DNA from: Candidatus Moanibacter sp.
GTDB taxonomy: Bacteria > Verrucomicrobiota > Verrucomicrobiia > Opitutales > UBA2987
Assembly: GCA_965215885.1 (NCBI GenBank)
Contig: CBDCEW010000104.1
Location: 224,001 to 288,000, forward strand
Length of the DNA: 64,000 bases
Reading direction: 5' to 3'
Made by a program: the position numbers and the translations under genes
Notes under the pieces: generated by a model
Databases searched by the model: none
What the model saw: the letters and a program-made list of their open reading frames with translations, nothing else
What the model was told of the DNA's origin: nothing
In this document: piece after piece, positions 22,714 through 34,143 of the stretch
How the letters are laid out: every line of letters starts with the position of its first letter
Position numbering within the stretch: position 1 is the stretch's first letter

Positions 22714-23739
22714 ATGACCTCAGATCTGCAGCCGCTGCCCCGCAGGCGATTTTTAGAGAATGGGCTTGCCGCCCTCGCTGGAATCAGCCTGGGTCCACTG
22801 TTTATCACGGGTGCAGAGGCGAAAGATGGCTCTTCCACGCTACCCTTAGATAGGAGCAGGATCAAAGTCCTGCTCGATTCAGATATCGGCAGTGACATCG
22901 ATGACGCCACCTGTCTCGCCTACTTGCTGGCGCAGCCGAGGTGTGAGTTGATGGGAGTTACGATTGTGACGGGCGAATCAGTGCGCCGTGCCGAACTGGC
23001 CAGCAGCCTCTGTCGCGCTGCCGGAGCGGATATTCCCATCTACCCGGGTGCGGAAAAACCGTTGTTGGTCTCCCAACGACAACCAGTGGCTGAACAAGCA
23101 GTGCTTCTGGGAGATATTTCAAGAAAGCGTAATTTTCCTCAGGGCCAGGCGGTGGATTTCGCGCGCGATGTGATTAGGTCACATCCGGGTGAGATTGAGC
23201 TTCTGGCGGTGGGTCCCCTCACCAACATCGCTCTGCTATTCGCCAGCGACCCGGAAATTTCTGGCCTGCTTCGTGGATTGACTTTGATGTGCGGGAAATT
23301 TGTGGACTACCCTTCGCCTTGGGGTTTGACGGAATGGAATGCGGTGCTCGATCCGCACGCCACCGCGATCACCTATCGCCACAAATGCCGCCGGCACCGG
23401 TCGGTCGGGCTCGACGTTACGCTCCAGGTGGCGATGAAGCCGGAGTCGGTCGCGGAACGATTCGGGCGCCATCCGCTCCTGCAGCTTGTCCATCGGTTCT
23501 CGCGGGATTGGTTTGAGCGCCGCGAATTGCTGCATTTTCACGATGCCCTTGCCGCAATCTCATTGTTTAACGAAGATGTGTGTGCCTTCGTGCCTGGTCA
23601 GGTGCGGGTCGCTCTCGACGCCGGGGATGAGCTGGGTCGTACCCTTTGGAATCGAACCGATGCGGGTGGCCCTCATGAAGTGGCACTCAAAGTAGATCCG
23701 GAGCTCTTCTTCAAGGAGTATTTCTCGGTCTTCAGCTAG
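22714..23739 (+). CDS. Nucleoside hydrolase (IUNH family) with Tat signal peptide
   Basis: RRRFL followed by a hydrophobic segment and AEA; DSDIGSDIDD, GPLTNIA, EWN, HD. Confidence 0.88.
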   Translation: MTSDLQPLPRRRFLENGLAALAGISLGPLFITGAEAKDGSSTLPLDRSRIKVLLDSDIGSDIDDATCLAYLLAQPRCELMGVTIVTGESVRRAELASSLCRAAGADIPIYPGAEKPLLVSQRQPVAEQAVLLGDISRKRNFPQGQAVDFARDVIRSHPGEIELLAVGPLTNIALLFASDPEISGLLRGLTLMCGKFVDYPSPWGLTEWNAVLDPHATAITYRHKCRRHRSVGLDVTLQVAMKPESVAERFGRHPLLQLVHRFSRDWFERRELLHFHDALAAISLFNEDVCAFVPGQVRVALDAGDELGRTLWNRTDAGGPHEVALKVDPELFFKEYFSVFS

Positions 23740-23774
23740 GAATCTGTCGGACTTCGCTTAGCGATTTAGAGAAA

Positions 23775-25381
23775 ATGAAAGTCCTCGCAGGAATCTGTCG
23801 CCTCCTAACGATCCTTTCAGTATCTTCTGCTTGGCCAGCTGCTACAAACGCAAATGCAGGAAGAATACAGGCCGATGGCGGTACGGAGAGTCTTTTCTCA
23901 AGACCGGTTCGATTTTTCTCTAACGGACAGGAGTTGGGAGAGGCATCAAGCCTCTCCGTGGCAGTGGGTGATCTCGACGGGGACGGAGATCTCGATGCGG
24001 TGGTGGGGAACATAGGCCTCAATCGTGTTTGGCGCAATAACGGCCATGGGCGATTTCAGCGAACGAGAGGGAATCTCGGAGGGGAATGGACCTACGGCAT
24101 CGGACTGCACGATCTCGATGGGGACGGAGATCTCGATGTCTACGCTGCAAATTATGGGAGTGCGGACACCGTCTGGCTTAACACGGGTGGCGGCCGTTTC
24201 GTTAGAAGCGCGCAGAATTTCGTTGCGGCCAGGAGCATGGCCGTTGCCCTGGGTGATCTCGACGGCGATGGCGATGCGGATGCCCTGGTTGGCACAAACG
24301 GGGAAGGGGGTCGCATCCTGCTCAATGCGGGAAACGGTATCTTCGAGGAGAGCACAGGCCGTCTCGGCGATGCCCCCACCTATGGAGTGGCCCTGGGCGA
24401 TCTTGACGGAGATGGCGATCTCGATGCGATCTTCGCGAATAACGGGGTTGTTAGTGAGTTTTGGATAAATGACGGAGAAGGGCGATTCATTCCATGTGCG
24501 GTCGTATCCGGGAATACGTTCGCGGCTACGAAATCCTGGGGGGTAGCGCTGGGGGATCTCGACGGAGACGGAGACCTCGACGCGGTATTTGCCAACGACG
24601 GACCCAATACGATTTGGTACAACGATGGGCGAGCCGGTTTCCAGGAAATCAATGTCTCGAAGGAGGGAGGATCGACTTTCGACATCGCGTTAAGTGATGT
24701 GGATGGCAATGAGTCCCTCGACATCTTCGCGGCGAACTACTACCATCCGTCTGGAACCGTTTCACTTTCCACTGGCGACCGCCGATTTTTGATGTTTCGG
24801 AGAATTTCCTCAGCGAAAGCCATTTCGGGATCGCTCTGGGAGACTTCGATGGAGATGGAGATCAGGATGCATGGGTAGCGAATCGCAATGGTCCCAACCG
24901 CGTGTGGATAAACGGGGGATTGTCGCCGGATCCTGCGGGATCTGTTCAGCGGGCGCCAAACTTCATCGTCGTTCTCGCAGATGACCTCGGTTACGGTGAT
25001 GTCGGTCCATTCGGAGCCGAGGATGTTCAGACACCCAACCTGGATCGTCTCGCCCGCGAGGGCATCAAACTTACGAGCTTTTACGCGCAACCCGTGTGTG
25101 CACCCTCGCGCCGCGCTTATGACCGGGAGCTATCCGATTCGCGTGGCGGAGCCGGGAAATCGGAAGGGTTATCGCATTATCCTTCATCCGGAAGAAATTA
25201 CGATCGCGGAGGTTTTAAAATCCGGCGGTTACGCCACAGCCTGCATTGGGAATTGGTAGAGCGTGCCCGGGCAGATCTCGGCGATTACAATCGAGTCGGT
25301 GATGGCGCCCGCTTCTTCGATCCGGGTCCTAAACGACCCGACATCGATGCATGGCGAAAAAGCGAATCAGGAGAAAAGTAA
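23775..25381 (+). pseudogene. FG-GAP beta-propeller fused to an arylsulfatase, frameshifted and internally deleted
   Basis: Repeated [25 protein letters not shown] and CAPSR; frameshifts at ~24745-24825 and ~25108; jump from ATACIG to the sulfatase C-terminus at ~25250. Confidence 0.8.
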
Positions 25382-25413
25382 CGGCCCGCAGGCGTAGTCC
25401 CGACTTGCCGGGA

Positions 25414-25582
25414 CTAGAGACAAGAAAATGAAACTGAATTTTGGTGTAAGCGAACTCCATGCATGCTCGCAATGCGCTGATCAGGGCCAAATTGTCTCTT
25501 TCCCGGAAAAAGTCATGCACTTTCAATGTCAAGAATAGATTAGGTGAGTCAATGCACCCCCAAAATTCAGTTTCATTTTCTT
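25414..25582. mobile_element. MITE family C with 23-bp perfect IR
   Basis: AAGAAAATGAAACTGAATTTTGG (25422-25444) / CCAAAATTCAGTTTCATTTTCTT (25560-25582); the same left end occurs at 2652-2680. Confidence 0.7.
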
Positions 25583-25586
25583 CAGA

Positions 25587-25683
25587 GGAATCTGTCGGTT
25601 CCATCTCAGCCGGGATCTCGAGCCGTCGCCTAATTATCCGTACCTCAGAGATGTTTCGAAAGGCAAGTCCGACAGATTCCTAG
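25587..25683. mobile_element. MITE family B (GGAATCTGTCGG / CCGACAGATTCCTAG)
   Basis: Related ends at 2705, 6801, 23736, 27985-28020, 49788-49887, 53306 and 61635. Confidence 0.7.
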
Positions 25684-26651
25684 TTTTCCTCCAGAATCTC
25701 GTGTTCTTTGGATTCGGGATTCGTGTAGGACCCCTCAAAGGCTTCTCCGGTAGAAACGGTTTCCGGTTCCATGGCATCTTCCGGTATGCGCGCGATCACT
25801 TCCAATACGATGGGAACTGCTTGTTTAGTGATGCGCTGGACACTTTTCTGCATATCCACAAAACTGAATGGACGGACCCCTACAGCGGGATTGGCAATCG
25901 AGCAGAGAGCGGCAAAACGAATGCCGAGTTGGCGCGCATAGGTGGTAGCGGTGGTGATATTTTCACTGCAAAGGTCGCCACCCAGGATACGCATAGCGCG
26001 AACCTCAGCTGCCGTCTCGAAGCGATCGGGGTTGTGTTGCACAAAAACGCCCTGTTCGTGAAACTTCCCCGTATAACCCTTCTGAACCTTGCGCCCCTCC
26101 TCGATCAGAAGCCGGCGAAGCGATGGGCTGTAGGGCTGCGCGTAATTGGTGAAGATACCTGGCCTTTCCATACCTGCGAATCTCAAAATGTTTCCAGGTC
26201 GCGTATTTTCCATTTCCATAAAATCGTGCACCACCACTAAGTCGTCATAGTCGTAGTCGGTTCGGATTCCACCTGAACTTGCCCCGCCGATTACGTGTGT
26301 CACACCCAGCTTATAGAGGGCCAACCAGCAGCGAATGTGCCCGATGCCTTCCAATTCACCCGGCATTTCGGCTTCATAGCCATAGAAACGGATGTAGTAG
26401 AAGGGAACGCCCTTATACCGCATCCGGTAGATAGGAGGGCTCTTTCCTTTCTTTGTTTCGATGGTGAACACGCCTTCTTCCTCTACCAGGCCTTTCCCAA
26501 AGGCAGTGGGGTCACCAAAAGTGGTGCCGCCTACAACTGCGATAAAGACTTCCTTATCATCAATCCCTTCTTCCGCATTAGTAGCGAGTTGAAGAGAAAT
26601 TATCAAAGGAAACACTAATAAGCTCTTATATCCATTCATGAGAGAGAACAT
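25680..26651 (-). CDS. Divergent MTAP/purine nucleoside phosphorylase family protein with probable signal peptide
   Basis: IAVVGGT, GGASSGG, RFETAAEVRAMRILGGD, IANPAVG; hydrophobic N-terminus ending in ATNA. Confidence 0.75.
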   Translation of the reverse strand: MFSLMNGYKSLLVFPLIISLQLATNAEEGIDDKEVFIAVVGGTTFGDPTAFGKGLVEEEGVFTIETKKGKSPPIYRMRYKGVPFYYIRFYGYEAEMPGELEGIGHIRCWLALYKLGVTHVIGGASSGGIRTDYDYDDLVVVHDFMEMENTRPGNILRFAGMERPGIFTNYAQPYSPSLRRLLIEEGRKVQKGYTGKFHEQGVFVQHNPDRFETAAEVRAMRILGGDLCSENITTATTYARQLGIRFAALCSIANPAVGVRPFSFVDMQKSVQRITKQAVPIVLEVIARIPEDAMEPETVSTGEAFEGSYTNPESKEHEILEEN

Positions 26652-26886
26652 TGTGATGAATCATTCGGAACACGAGTAGTTTTTGTCATTATCCTTCGAT
26701 TCAGCGCGACCACGGTCGAAGCACAAGGGTTAAACTCGGTGTTACCCTGTCCTGGCGAACCGGGGCAGCCAGTAATCAAAGACACGCTAATCACGTACAA
26801 GCCGGGACGGGGGTTTTCATTAATCTTGCAACTGCTATCCATCCGTAATCAGGTAGGCTTATTAGATATATACCCCAAATTCCATA

Positions 26887-27987
26887 ATGATGAAAGCGGC
26901 AGTGCTACATGAGGTGGGAGGACCATTTGTTATCGAGGATCTGACTTTGCAAGAACCCGGTGCCGGGGAAGTCTTGGTCCGGATGGTCGCTGCAGGCATT
27001 TGCCACAGCGACTGGCATTTCGTTACCGGAGCGCTCCAGCGTCCGTTTCCCGTCGTGCTCGGTCATGAAGGGGCTGGGGTTGTTGAGGAAGTAGGCGCGG
27101 GGGTGACGCGGGTCAGGCCGGGCGACCATGTCATTCTTAATTGGTCGCCTGATTGCGGCTCCTGCTTCTACTGCAAGCGGGGCAGGAACAACCTTTGCGA
27201 GAGGTTTCTTAGAGCCCGGCGCGGGGGAACCTTAATGGATGGCACTACGCGTTTGCAGTTGGGAAATGAGATGGTCCATCAGTTTTCCACGGTGTCCACT
27301 TTTGCCGAATACGGTGTCACCGATGAAGCGTCATGCGTGGCGATTGAACGGGACGTGCCCTTTGAAGTTGGCGCCGTAGTGGGGTGTGCGGTGATGACTG
27401 GGTTCGGTGCAGTGATGAATACGGTGCAGGTGCGGGCCGACGATAGCGTGGCCGTCTACGGTTGCGGCGGCATAGGTCTGAATATCCTGCAGGGTGCCGC
27501 ACTCTGCGGCGCGGAACCCATCATCGCCGTCGATCGAGTGCCGGAAAAACTGAACACGGCCCGTGGCTTTGGGGCCACCCATGCGATTGAGGCTGGAGAA
27601 GAGACCGTGGAGGAAATACGGTCCCTGACGGAGGGACGGGGCGCCGATTATGTCTATGAGGCGGTCGGTCTTCCGGTGTTGCAGGAGGAGGCATTCGAGG
27701 CGGTGCGACCCGGTGGAGACCTCATCATTGTCGGAGTGGCGCCGAGGGATTCGACGGCGCGGTTCTCAACATTTGCCGTGCATGCGCAGGAAAAGCGGGT
27801 GGTGGGTTGTCTTTATGGGACCGCCAATACCCGGCGCGACTTCCCTCTCATCCTCGATCTTTACAAGAAGGGCAAGTTGAAGCTGGACGAGTTGATCTCA
27901 CGCAAGTACCGCCTGGAGGATATCAACACCGCATATGAAGATCTACTTAACGGCGAGATCAACCGAGGCGTCATTGTCTACAGCTAA
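26887..27987 (+). CDS. Zn-dependent alcohol dehydrogenase (class III-like)
   Basis: GICHSD, GHEGAG, CGSCFYC...NLC, GCGGIG. Confidence 0.92.
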   Translation: MMKAAVLHEVGGPFVIEDLTLQEPGAGEVLVRMVAAGICHSDWHFVTGALQRPFPVVLGHEGAGVVEEVGAGVTRVRPGDHVILNWSPDCGSCFYCKRGRNNLCERFLRARRGGTLMDGTTRLQLGNEMVHQFSTVSTFAEYGVTDEASCVAIERDVPFEVGAVVGCAVMTGFGAVMNTVQVRADDSVAVYGCGGIGLNILQGAALCGAEPIIAVDRVPEKLNTARGFGATHAIEAGEETVEEIRSLTEGRGADYVYEAVGLPVLQEEAFEAVRPGGDLIIVGVAPRDSTARFSTFAVHAQEKRVVGCLYGTANTRRDFPLILDLYKKGKLKLDELISRKYRLEDINTAYEDLLNGEINRGVIVYS

Positions 27988-28016
27988 CAGCCTTTCGGAC
28001 AAAGTCCGACAGACTC

Positions 28017-28385
28017 CTAGCCCGATCTCATGAATGATTCCAATTCAGGGAGCGCGGCTGCTACCGCACCTTGATCGACCCTCTCCGCTACGCTATCGTA
28101 TCCCGCCTGGCGGATCATGGGTTGCAGTTGGCTACTTAGCTGCTCAAGTGTCCAGGCGATCGGATCCGGAACCTCATCTTTACCGAGTTCGTGCATATCG
28201 TTTTTTCCGTAGGGATCATAGTGGTAATGCGGGCTCTTGCGAAAGCAGTCAAATCGCAGTACCTCTACTTCCTTCCCATCGAGTTCAGCCAGGACACGGA
28301 GGGCGGGACCGCCGTCATCCCCAAAGGTTCGGTGCTCCACTCCGAGTTGAATACTACCAGCGTCGAATTTCAGTTCTTTTGTCAT
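28017..28385 (-). CDS. Conserved hypothetical protein
   Basis: LRFDCF..PHYHY motif; ATG at 28385. Confidence 0.7.
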   Translation of the reverse strand: MTKELKFDAGSIQLGVEHRTFGDDGGPALRVLAELDGKEVEVLRFDCFRKSPHYHYDPYGKNDMHELGKDEVPDPIAWTLEQLSSQLQPMIRQAGYDSVAERVDQGAVAAALPELESFMRSG

Positions 28386-28525
28386 AACGGAACGAGGTTC
28401 TATTTTTTCTCCTGGTTGCCTGCAAGCCGAATTCAATCAGCAATTCTATCGAAAACTGATCCAGGACGATCCACTTACAACATCGGTGCGTTGGCTGTAG
28501 TATTAGTCCGGGCATTTTCTGACAT

Positions 28526-29505
28526 TCAGTAAGCATGCGTTCGATCTCGGCGACGAGCCAATTCGCTGGCATATTGCAAACCGAGCGTATCGCTGTGTTG
28601 CTTTGCCCAATCCGAAAGCTTTGTCGTTCCCAGAGGCGTTGATTCGACATGGAGTAGCCCCTCCATGAGTCCTTTGATTTCGAACTGCGTTACTATGACA
28701 TCATTCAAAAATTTGCCCATCATCCAGGCGAAGAAATAGGCCAGAAACGGGGGCATGGGGATAAGAGGCCTTTCCCTGGCGATGACTCGACCGATCGTTC
28801 CGACCAGTTCCCGATATGTAAACGTTTGAGGCCCTATGGCATCGATGATCACATTCTCACGCGTCTCGCCCTCTCCGATAGCCAAGTCGGCGAGATCCTC
28901 CACGAAGACCGGTTGAAGTCGATAACGACCAAGTCGGCGAGATCCTCCACGAAGACCGGTTGAAGTCGATAACGACCGTGTCCAAAGAGTCCAAAAAGGG
29001 GAAATCGGCGCAAGGCCCAAGCAATGTTGTTAATGAGAATGTCCTCCTTTCCGAAAAGCACCGCGGGCCTTAGCACTGCGTGGGATATTCCCTTCTCTTT
29101 CAGCACTCTTTCAAGCGTTGCCTTCCCCTTGAAGTACTCCAGCTCTGAATCCTCGGATGGGTTCGTAATGCTGATGTGGACAATTCGTTCGAGTCCGGCT
29201 TCCTTCGCCGCTTGAAACAGGATCTTCGTATTCCTGACTGCGTCGGCGTAAGAGCATTCCCGGCGGTTAAAACGAACCCAGTAGGTGTTGTAAAGGACTC
29301 TCACACCTTTCAGGGATTCTGTAAGCAGATCCGGTCTGTCGAAATTGAATGGATAGGCCTCTACTTTTCCGCCGAATGGGTTTTTCCGGTTCGTCGAATT
29401 GGTCAATGTTATCACCTTGTGGCCTCTGGCGAGAAGTTTATCTGCAATATACTTTCCGGAATAACCGTATGCGCCCGTTACGCAGTGAATGTTCTTGCTG
29501 GTCAT
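28526..29505 (-). pseudogene. NDUFA9-like atypical SDR/epimerase frameshifted by a 47-bp tandem duplication
   Basis: VTGAYGYSG, YNTYWVRF, LQPVFVEDLA; exact duplication at 28882-28975. Confidence 0.85.
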
Positions 29506-29769
29506 GTTTGCCGGTCCGGAGTGGGATAGTATAGGCGAATTGGGCAAAAAGCTACCGCTTCCCTCCAAAGTTTCTCGTTTGTTACTGACGGTAGCCGTAG
29601 CGGTGTTTCAGGACTCAGCGTTACTACAGGTGAGATGGAGAGTCGGTTGTTGGCTGATCCGTGAGGACGCTAATTTAATCTCCGTTATTATACATTTTTG
29701 TTAAATATATAATGAGAGAGTGTTCCCGATTTATCAGGGGAATGGTGCGACTTATCGAACAGCCTTTAT

Positions 29770-30927
29770 TTAGGTCGGAAGGATTCCGAAACCGACTTTT
29801 TCCCAATACGGCGAAAGGTCCACCACCTCTCCGTTATCTATGGCGTCATCGATGGCGAAGCAAGTGACGGCAGCTCTAATACCCTCCTCGATACCCACTG
29901 TCGGGACTATGCCGCGCAACATGCTTTCGGCGAGCTCCCGACACAATATATCATCGCCCCCGCCATGGCCGCCACTGACTCCCGAAGAAGCATCCTCGAT
30001 CGTGGTCTCAAAGCCGATTCTCTGGACCTCGATTGTGCCCTGGAGAACATCGGCTCGAATTGCTCCTCTCGAACCAAGAATGTACATTCTGCGTTCCGGA
30101 ATTCCGGCATTGCAATTCGTGTGGAAGCATGCGCGAACCCCGTTGGCGTATTCAATAATGGCGACCTGGTTGTCGACAATGTCTTTGTCGGAAGTGAAGG
30201 GATTCAACTTATCGAGACCACGCCAGGTGGAGTAGGCGTCGCGCCCCTCTTCGTCCTTGCCGATCCTCTCGACGTGACCCGCGTTCTCAGGACGAAAAAA
30301 GTTGAGACCGCCAAAGGAGGCGACTCGTCGGGCGGAGCTGTCCACCATCCAGTTTGCGAGATCGATGTCATGACAACACTTCTCCAGGATGTGCGTGCCG
30401 GCATTCTTCCGTAGTCTTCTCCAGTTTCCCAGAATGTAGCCACCGTGATTAAAATTGAGAGTCTCATTGAACTCCATACTGACAATCTCGCCTACACTAC
30501 CGGCCTCCAGCAGTTCTTTGATCTTTCTGTAGTGAGGGGAGTAGCGAAGCGAAAAACCGATGTTGAACATCCTTCCACTTTTTCGCCAGCTGTCGTAGAT
30601 AGCTTTGCAATCCTCAAGCGTGGTAGCAATTGGCTTCTGACAGAAGACATGCTTTCCTGATTCGAAGGCGGCCACGGTCTGTTCTTTGTGGAAGCAATTC
30701 CACGAAGCGATCATGACCCAGTCGACTTCCGGCGATTTGACCAGGGAGACGTAGTCTTCGTGTACGGTGGGTCGGTCTTCGATCCTTTCCAGTGCATTTT
30801 CGATTGATCGAGGGTCCGGGTCGTAGAGTCCCCGCACCTCGAAACGCGAGTCGATCGCCAGGACCCTGTTCAGAATCGCCATTCCCATTCCCCCGCATCC
30901 GATCACTCCAATCCCGATCTGTTTCAT
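29770..30927 (-). CDS. Gfo/Idh/MocA oxidoreductase
   Basis: IGVIGCGGMG, HVFCQKP, EKCCHDID, GHGGGD. Confidence 0.9.
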   Translation of the reverse strand: MKQIGIGVIGCGGMGMAILNRVLAIDSRFEVRGLYDPDPRSIENALERIEDRPTVHEDYVSLVKSPEVDWVMIASWNCFHKEQTVAAFESGKHVFCQKPIATTLEDCKAIYDSWRKSGRMFNIGFSLRYSPHYRKIKELLEAGSVGEIVSMEFNETLNFNHGGYILGNWRRLRKNAGTHILEKCCHDIDLANWMVDSSARRVASFGGLNFFRPENAGHVERIGKDEEGRDAYSTWRGLDKLNPFTSDKDIVDNQVAIIEYANGVRACFHTNCNAGIPERRMYILGSRGAIRADVLQGTIEVQRIGFETTIEDASSGVSGGHGGGDDILCRELAESMLRGIVPTVGIEEGIRAAVTCFAIDDAIDNGEVVDLSPYWEKVGFGILPT

Positions 30928-31158
30928 TTTCCTGGATTCGTAGTTTGTTTTGGTCTCTCTTTGCCGTGCCTCGGCAGCCTGTCCGTCTTCAATTTCTGAT
31001 TAGCGTGCTGGAAGAGAAGGTCATCAACCGATTTCGGACATGGGGTCAAGCCGCGAAAATTGTGACAGAAGCGGGCCAAAGATCGATCATTCCTTTTATC
31101 GTATATCGACGATAAACAAACATGTGCATCCAAGGAGATGGAGAGATCCACACCAAAG

Positions 31159-33052
31159 CACGGTATTTTGATTCTCGGAGCATTAGGTGATGATATTGAT
31201 GGCCTTATGTAAGTTAAAGACGAAATCATCACAGAGTGCGGGAGTGGATTCAGCGCCCATGGAAGACTTGAGGCTGAGAACCAGTTGCCTGCATGCAGCA
31301 AGAATTCTGGCTGCGTTATGATTACGGATCATACATCGATCTTCATCGAAGAAGCGATCCCTGGGGTAATGATTTTTATTTTCGATCGACCAATGGTTGC
31401 GAATTTTCGAGAGGAACTGTTGAGGGCTCAAATCGGCGGGATCGAGACTGCTTACGTAGTAAGAGCGTTCAGAGGAAGGTTCAGCTTTGTTTGGATAATG
31501 GAAGGTGCGTTGCACACAGGCGAACTGGCGGGCATGGGGCAGGCCGGCAGAGGGAGCGCTTAGAGAATGGGTTGCTATTTGACGTATTTCGAGTCGCCCA
31601 TGGTCATTGTCCACGGTTTGGTGGAGAAAAAGGGGGTGGAGCTGAAGAGATTCTGAGCGTATTGATGCATGTTGGGCTGATTGTCTTTAATTTGAATAAC
31701 ATAGTCAGCACTGAGTTCTTCGACGACGATGTGGGCAGTTTCTTTTTGATTATGCATGGCGTCGAAGGTGAAGGTGGAGCCGTCCAAAATGGGCATCTTT
31801 CGCAAGAGAGTCTGGGCGGCGGTGATCGCGTTGGATTTATCGGCGGTAGCGACTTGGGCTAAGGTTTGAGCGCTTTGGTGATCGACTGCGGCCACCAGGT
31901 GCAGAGCCTTTGATTCTTCGGTGTTTGTGCCTTTGAGGGTCTTGCCGTCGACGGCAATATCGCGGGGCAAACAGCCGTCTTGTAAGCAGATGAATTCGGT
32001 GAGGGTTTTATCGAAGAGCTCGGCCTTTACGTTTTGCAAGACCCGATAGAAGACATCATAGCAAGGGGCCTTATAGCGGCCTGTTTTGGGGTTTTTCCAG
32101 GAGCGTAAGGCGCGCAATTGGGCTTGATTGAGATGATGGGCCAGGCGCACGATGCCCTTGAGGGTCTGTTTGCCGCACATCGTGCCGAGCACAATCATGC
32201 TCAGGACCGTGGCGAGCCGATATCTAAGGCCCGCTTTACGACGGAAGTCTTCTATCTGATTGAAGCGTTCCCACAGGCTGCTCATCTGTTCCACTTTGAG
32301 GCAGACCGCATGGGAGTTATCGGTTTCATTGAGCGCCTGGCTCTGTGCCGCGGGCAATGGCCCTGAAGCGCGCAAAAGCTCAAGGGCATTAGCCTTGAGG
32401 GGTTTGACCCAGATCTGCTTGGGACGCTCATGGCGTTGATAGAAATCTTCGCGTTGGCGGCCATATCCCGCGCTCAAGCCCAAGGGCGTCCACCCGCTCG
32501 CTTCGTAGCAAGTGCCCCGGTGAATCTGTGGGTCCACGAACGTTTCCGCTACTAAGGGACGATAGCCAAAAGCCTCCTGCCAGTGATCGGCTAAGACTCT
32601 CAGGCACATACCCAACGTCTTGGAGGCCAAATTTGCAAGATCCACCCCGGGCAAAATCAGAAAACGCCGGTTCTGTACTACCAGTTTCAATCGTGCATGC
32701 CGTTGCGCCCCGTCCCTCCCGATCCATTCGTCTCGATCCTTCAGCCGGTAGGATGCGGCCCCCCACAAGAGCAGGCCCATCCATTGCCCGTCGATCTGCG
32801 CCACATAGCGCAGGGTCTCTCCTGCGCTGCCCGCACTGTGTAAATAATGATGTTGTTTCAATAGATCATTGAATCGCTCCTGCTCTTCGGGCAGGACCAG
32901 ACGCAGAGTTAAACGATCTATCGAAGGATTCAGTTGGTAAGATTTTTTGTCTTTCATCCCATCTTAACATGACTGATTCCCTCGGGTTTGTTTAGCTCTT
33001 TTTTTATCTTCTTGCTTATCAGCTAGTTGCTTCCTGGAATCCTTTTACCCTG
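31159..33052 (-). mobile_element. ISAs1-family IS, copy 2 (1894 bp, near-identical to copy 1)
   Basis: Same IRs; 10-bp TSD CACACCAAAG at 31149-31158 and 33053-33062. Confidence 0.95.
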
Positions 33053-33146
33053 CACACCAAAGGTAATCGTGATGTTGCTACTTGCTAAATCGTCCCTAAT
33101 CCCCAATGATGAAGCGTGTCGGAAAAGCGGTGAATGAGGCAGAGGT

Positions 33147-33842
33147 ATGAGACTACAGGAATATCAAGATAAAGACCCAGAGAAGAGTGGAAAGGGCAAG
33201 TACATTGCCTTGGGTTGTCTCTTCGCTAGTGTGCTACTGATAGTCGGTGGATTTTTCGCTTATCGCGGCATCATGAAGGTAGTGACTGACCTAGCTGAAG
33301 AATACACAGACTTACAACCGCGCACCTTGCCGCAGGTGCAAGTTTCGGAATCGGAGGCCGAGGCAACTGTTGCGCGCGTGGATGAGTTCGAGGAAGCTGT
33401 GGAAGTGGGGAATGCTACGCAACCATTCTATCTCACCAGCGAAGAGATTAACCAGCTCATTTACCACCATCCACGCTGGAATGCTCTTGCGGGCATGGTT
33501 TATGTAACGATCGAGGACGACCGAGTGAAAGGTGAAGTCAGCATTCCCCTGGACGAAGTCAGCATTCCTCTGGGCGAAGTCGGCGAGTTCGTGAAGGACC
33601 GTTACTTAAACGGTTCCGCCGTATTCAACATTATTCTGACTGGTGGGCGTCTTCTAATTTTCGTGGAATCGGTGGAGGTTAAAGGAAAACCGCTGCCGGA
33701 GGAACTCATGCAGCACTTGCGTTCCGAGAATCTGGCCAAGGAAGTCGAGAATGACGAGGATCTGAGAGCGTTCATTGAGAAGCTGGAATCCATTACGGTA
33801 GAAGACGGTAGACTGCGCATTGTGCCAAAGGAGTCATTGTAA
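33147..33842 (+). CDS. Hypothetical single-pass membrane protein
   Basis: GAGG then ATG; N-terminal TM segment; in-frame 21-bp duplication (EVSIPL) at 33534-33575. Confidence 0.75.
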   Translation: MRLQEYQDKDPEKSGKGKYIALGCLFASVLLIVGGFFAYRGIMKVVTDLAEEYTDLQPRTLPQVQVSESEAEATVARVDEFEEAVEVGNATQPFYLTSEEINQLIYHHPRWNALAGMVYVTIEDDRVKGEVSIPLDEVSIPLGEVGEFVKDRYLNGSAVFNIILTGGRLLIFVESVEVKGKPLPEELMQHLRSENLAKEVENDEDLRAFIEKLESITVEDGRLRIVPKESL

Positions 33843-34143
33843 GGAGCAAATCAGGGGGGATGGGACTTGCCCGCGAAAGACGCGAAATAGCGCGAGCCGC
33901 CTTCGCCCTACGGGCTATGGCGCGCCAAGAAGGGGGAGGTACGGCAACGGATAGAAGGAGAGCAACGGATGGGGAGAATTTCAGGTCAGCGGGCTCCCGG
34001 CGAGTGATCGTCTACCGGATCAAACAAGTGCCAAAAATTAGGACAAGGGCAGGACGAAATGCTCCCGCATTCCGATGGTGTTGCCACTGAATTGAGCTAT
34101 TGTGGACCGACCCAAACCCGCTCTGCCGTACGGCAGAGAAGTC

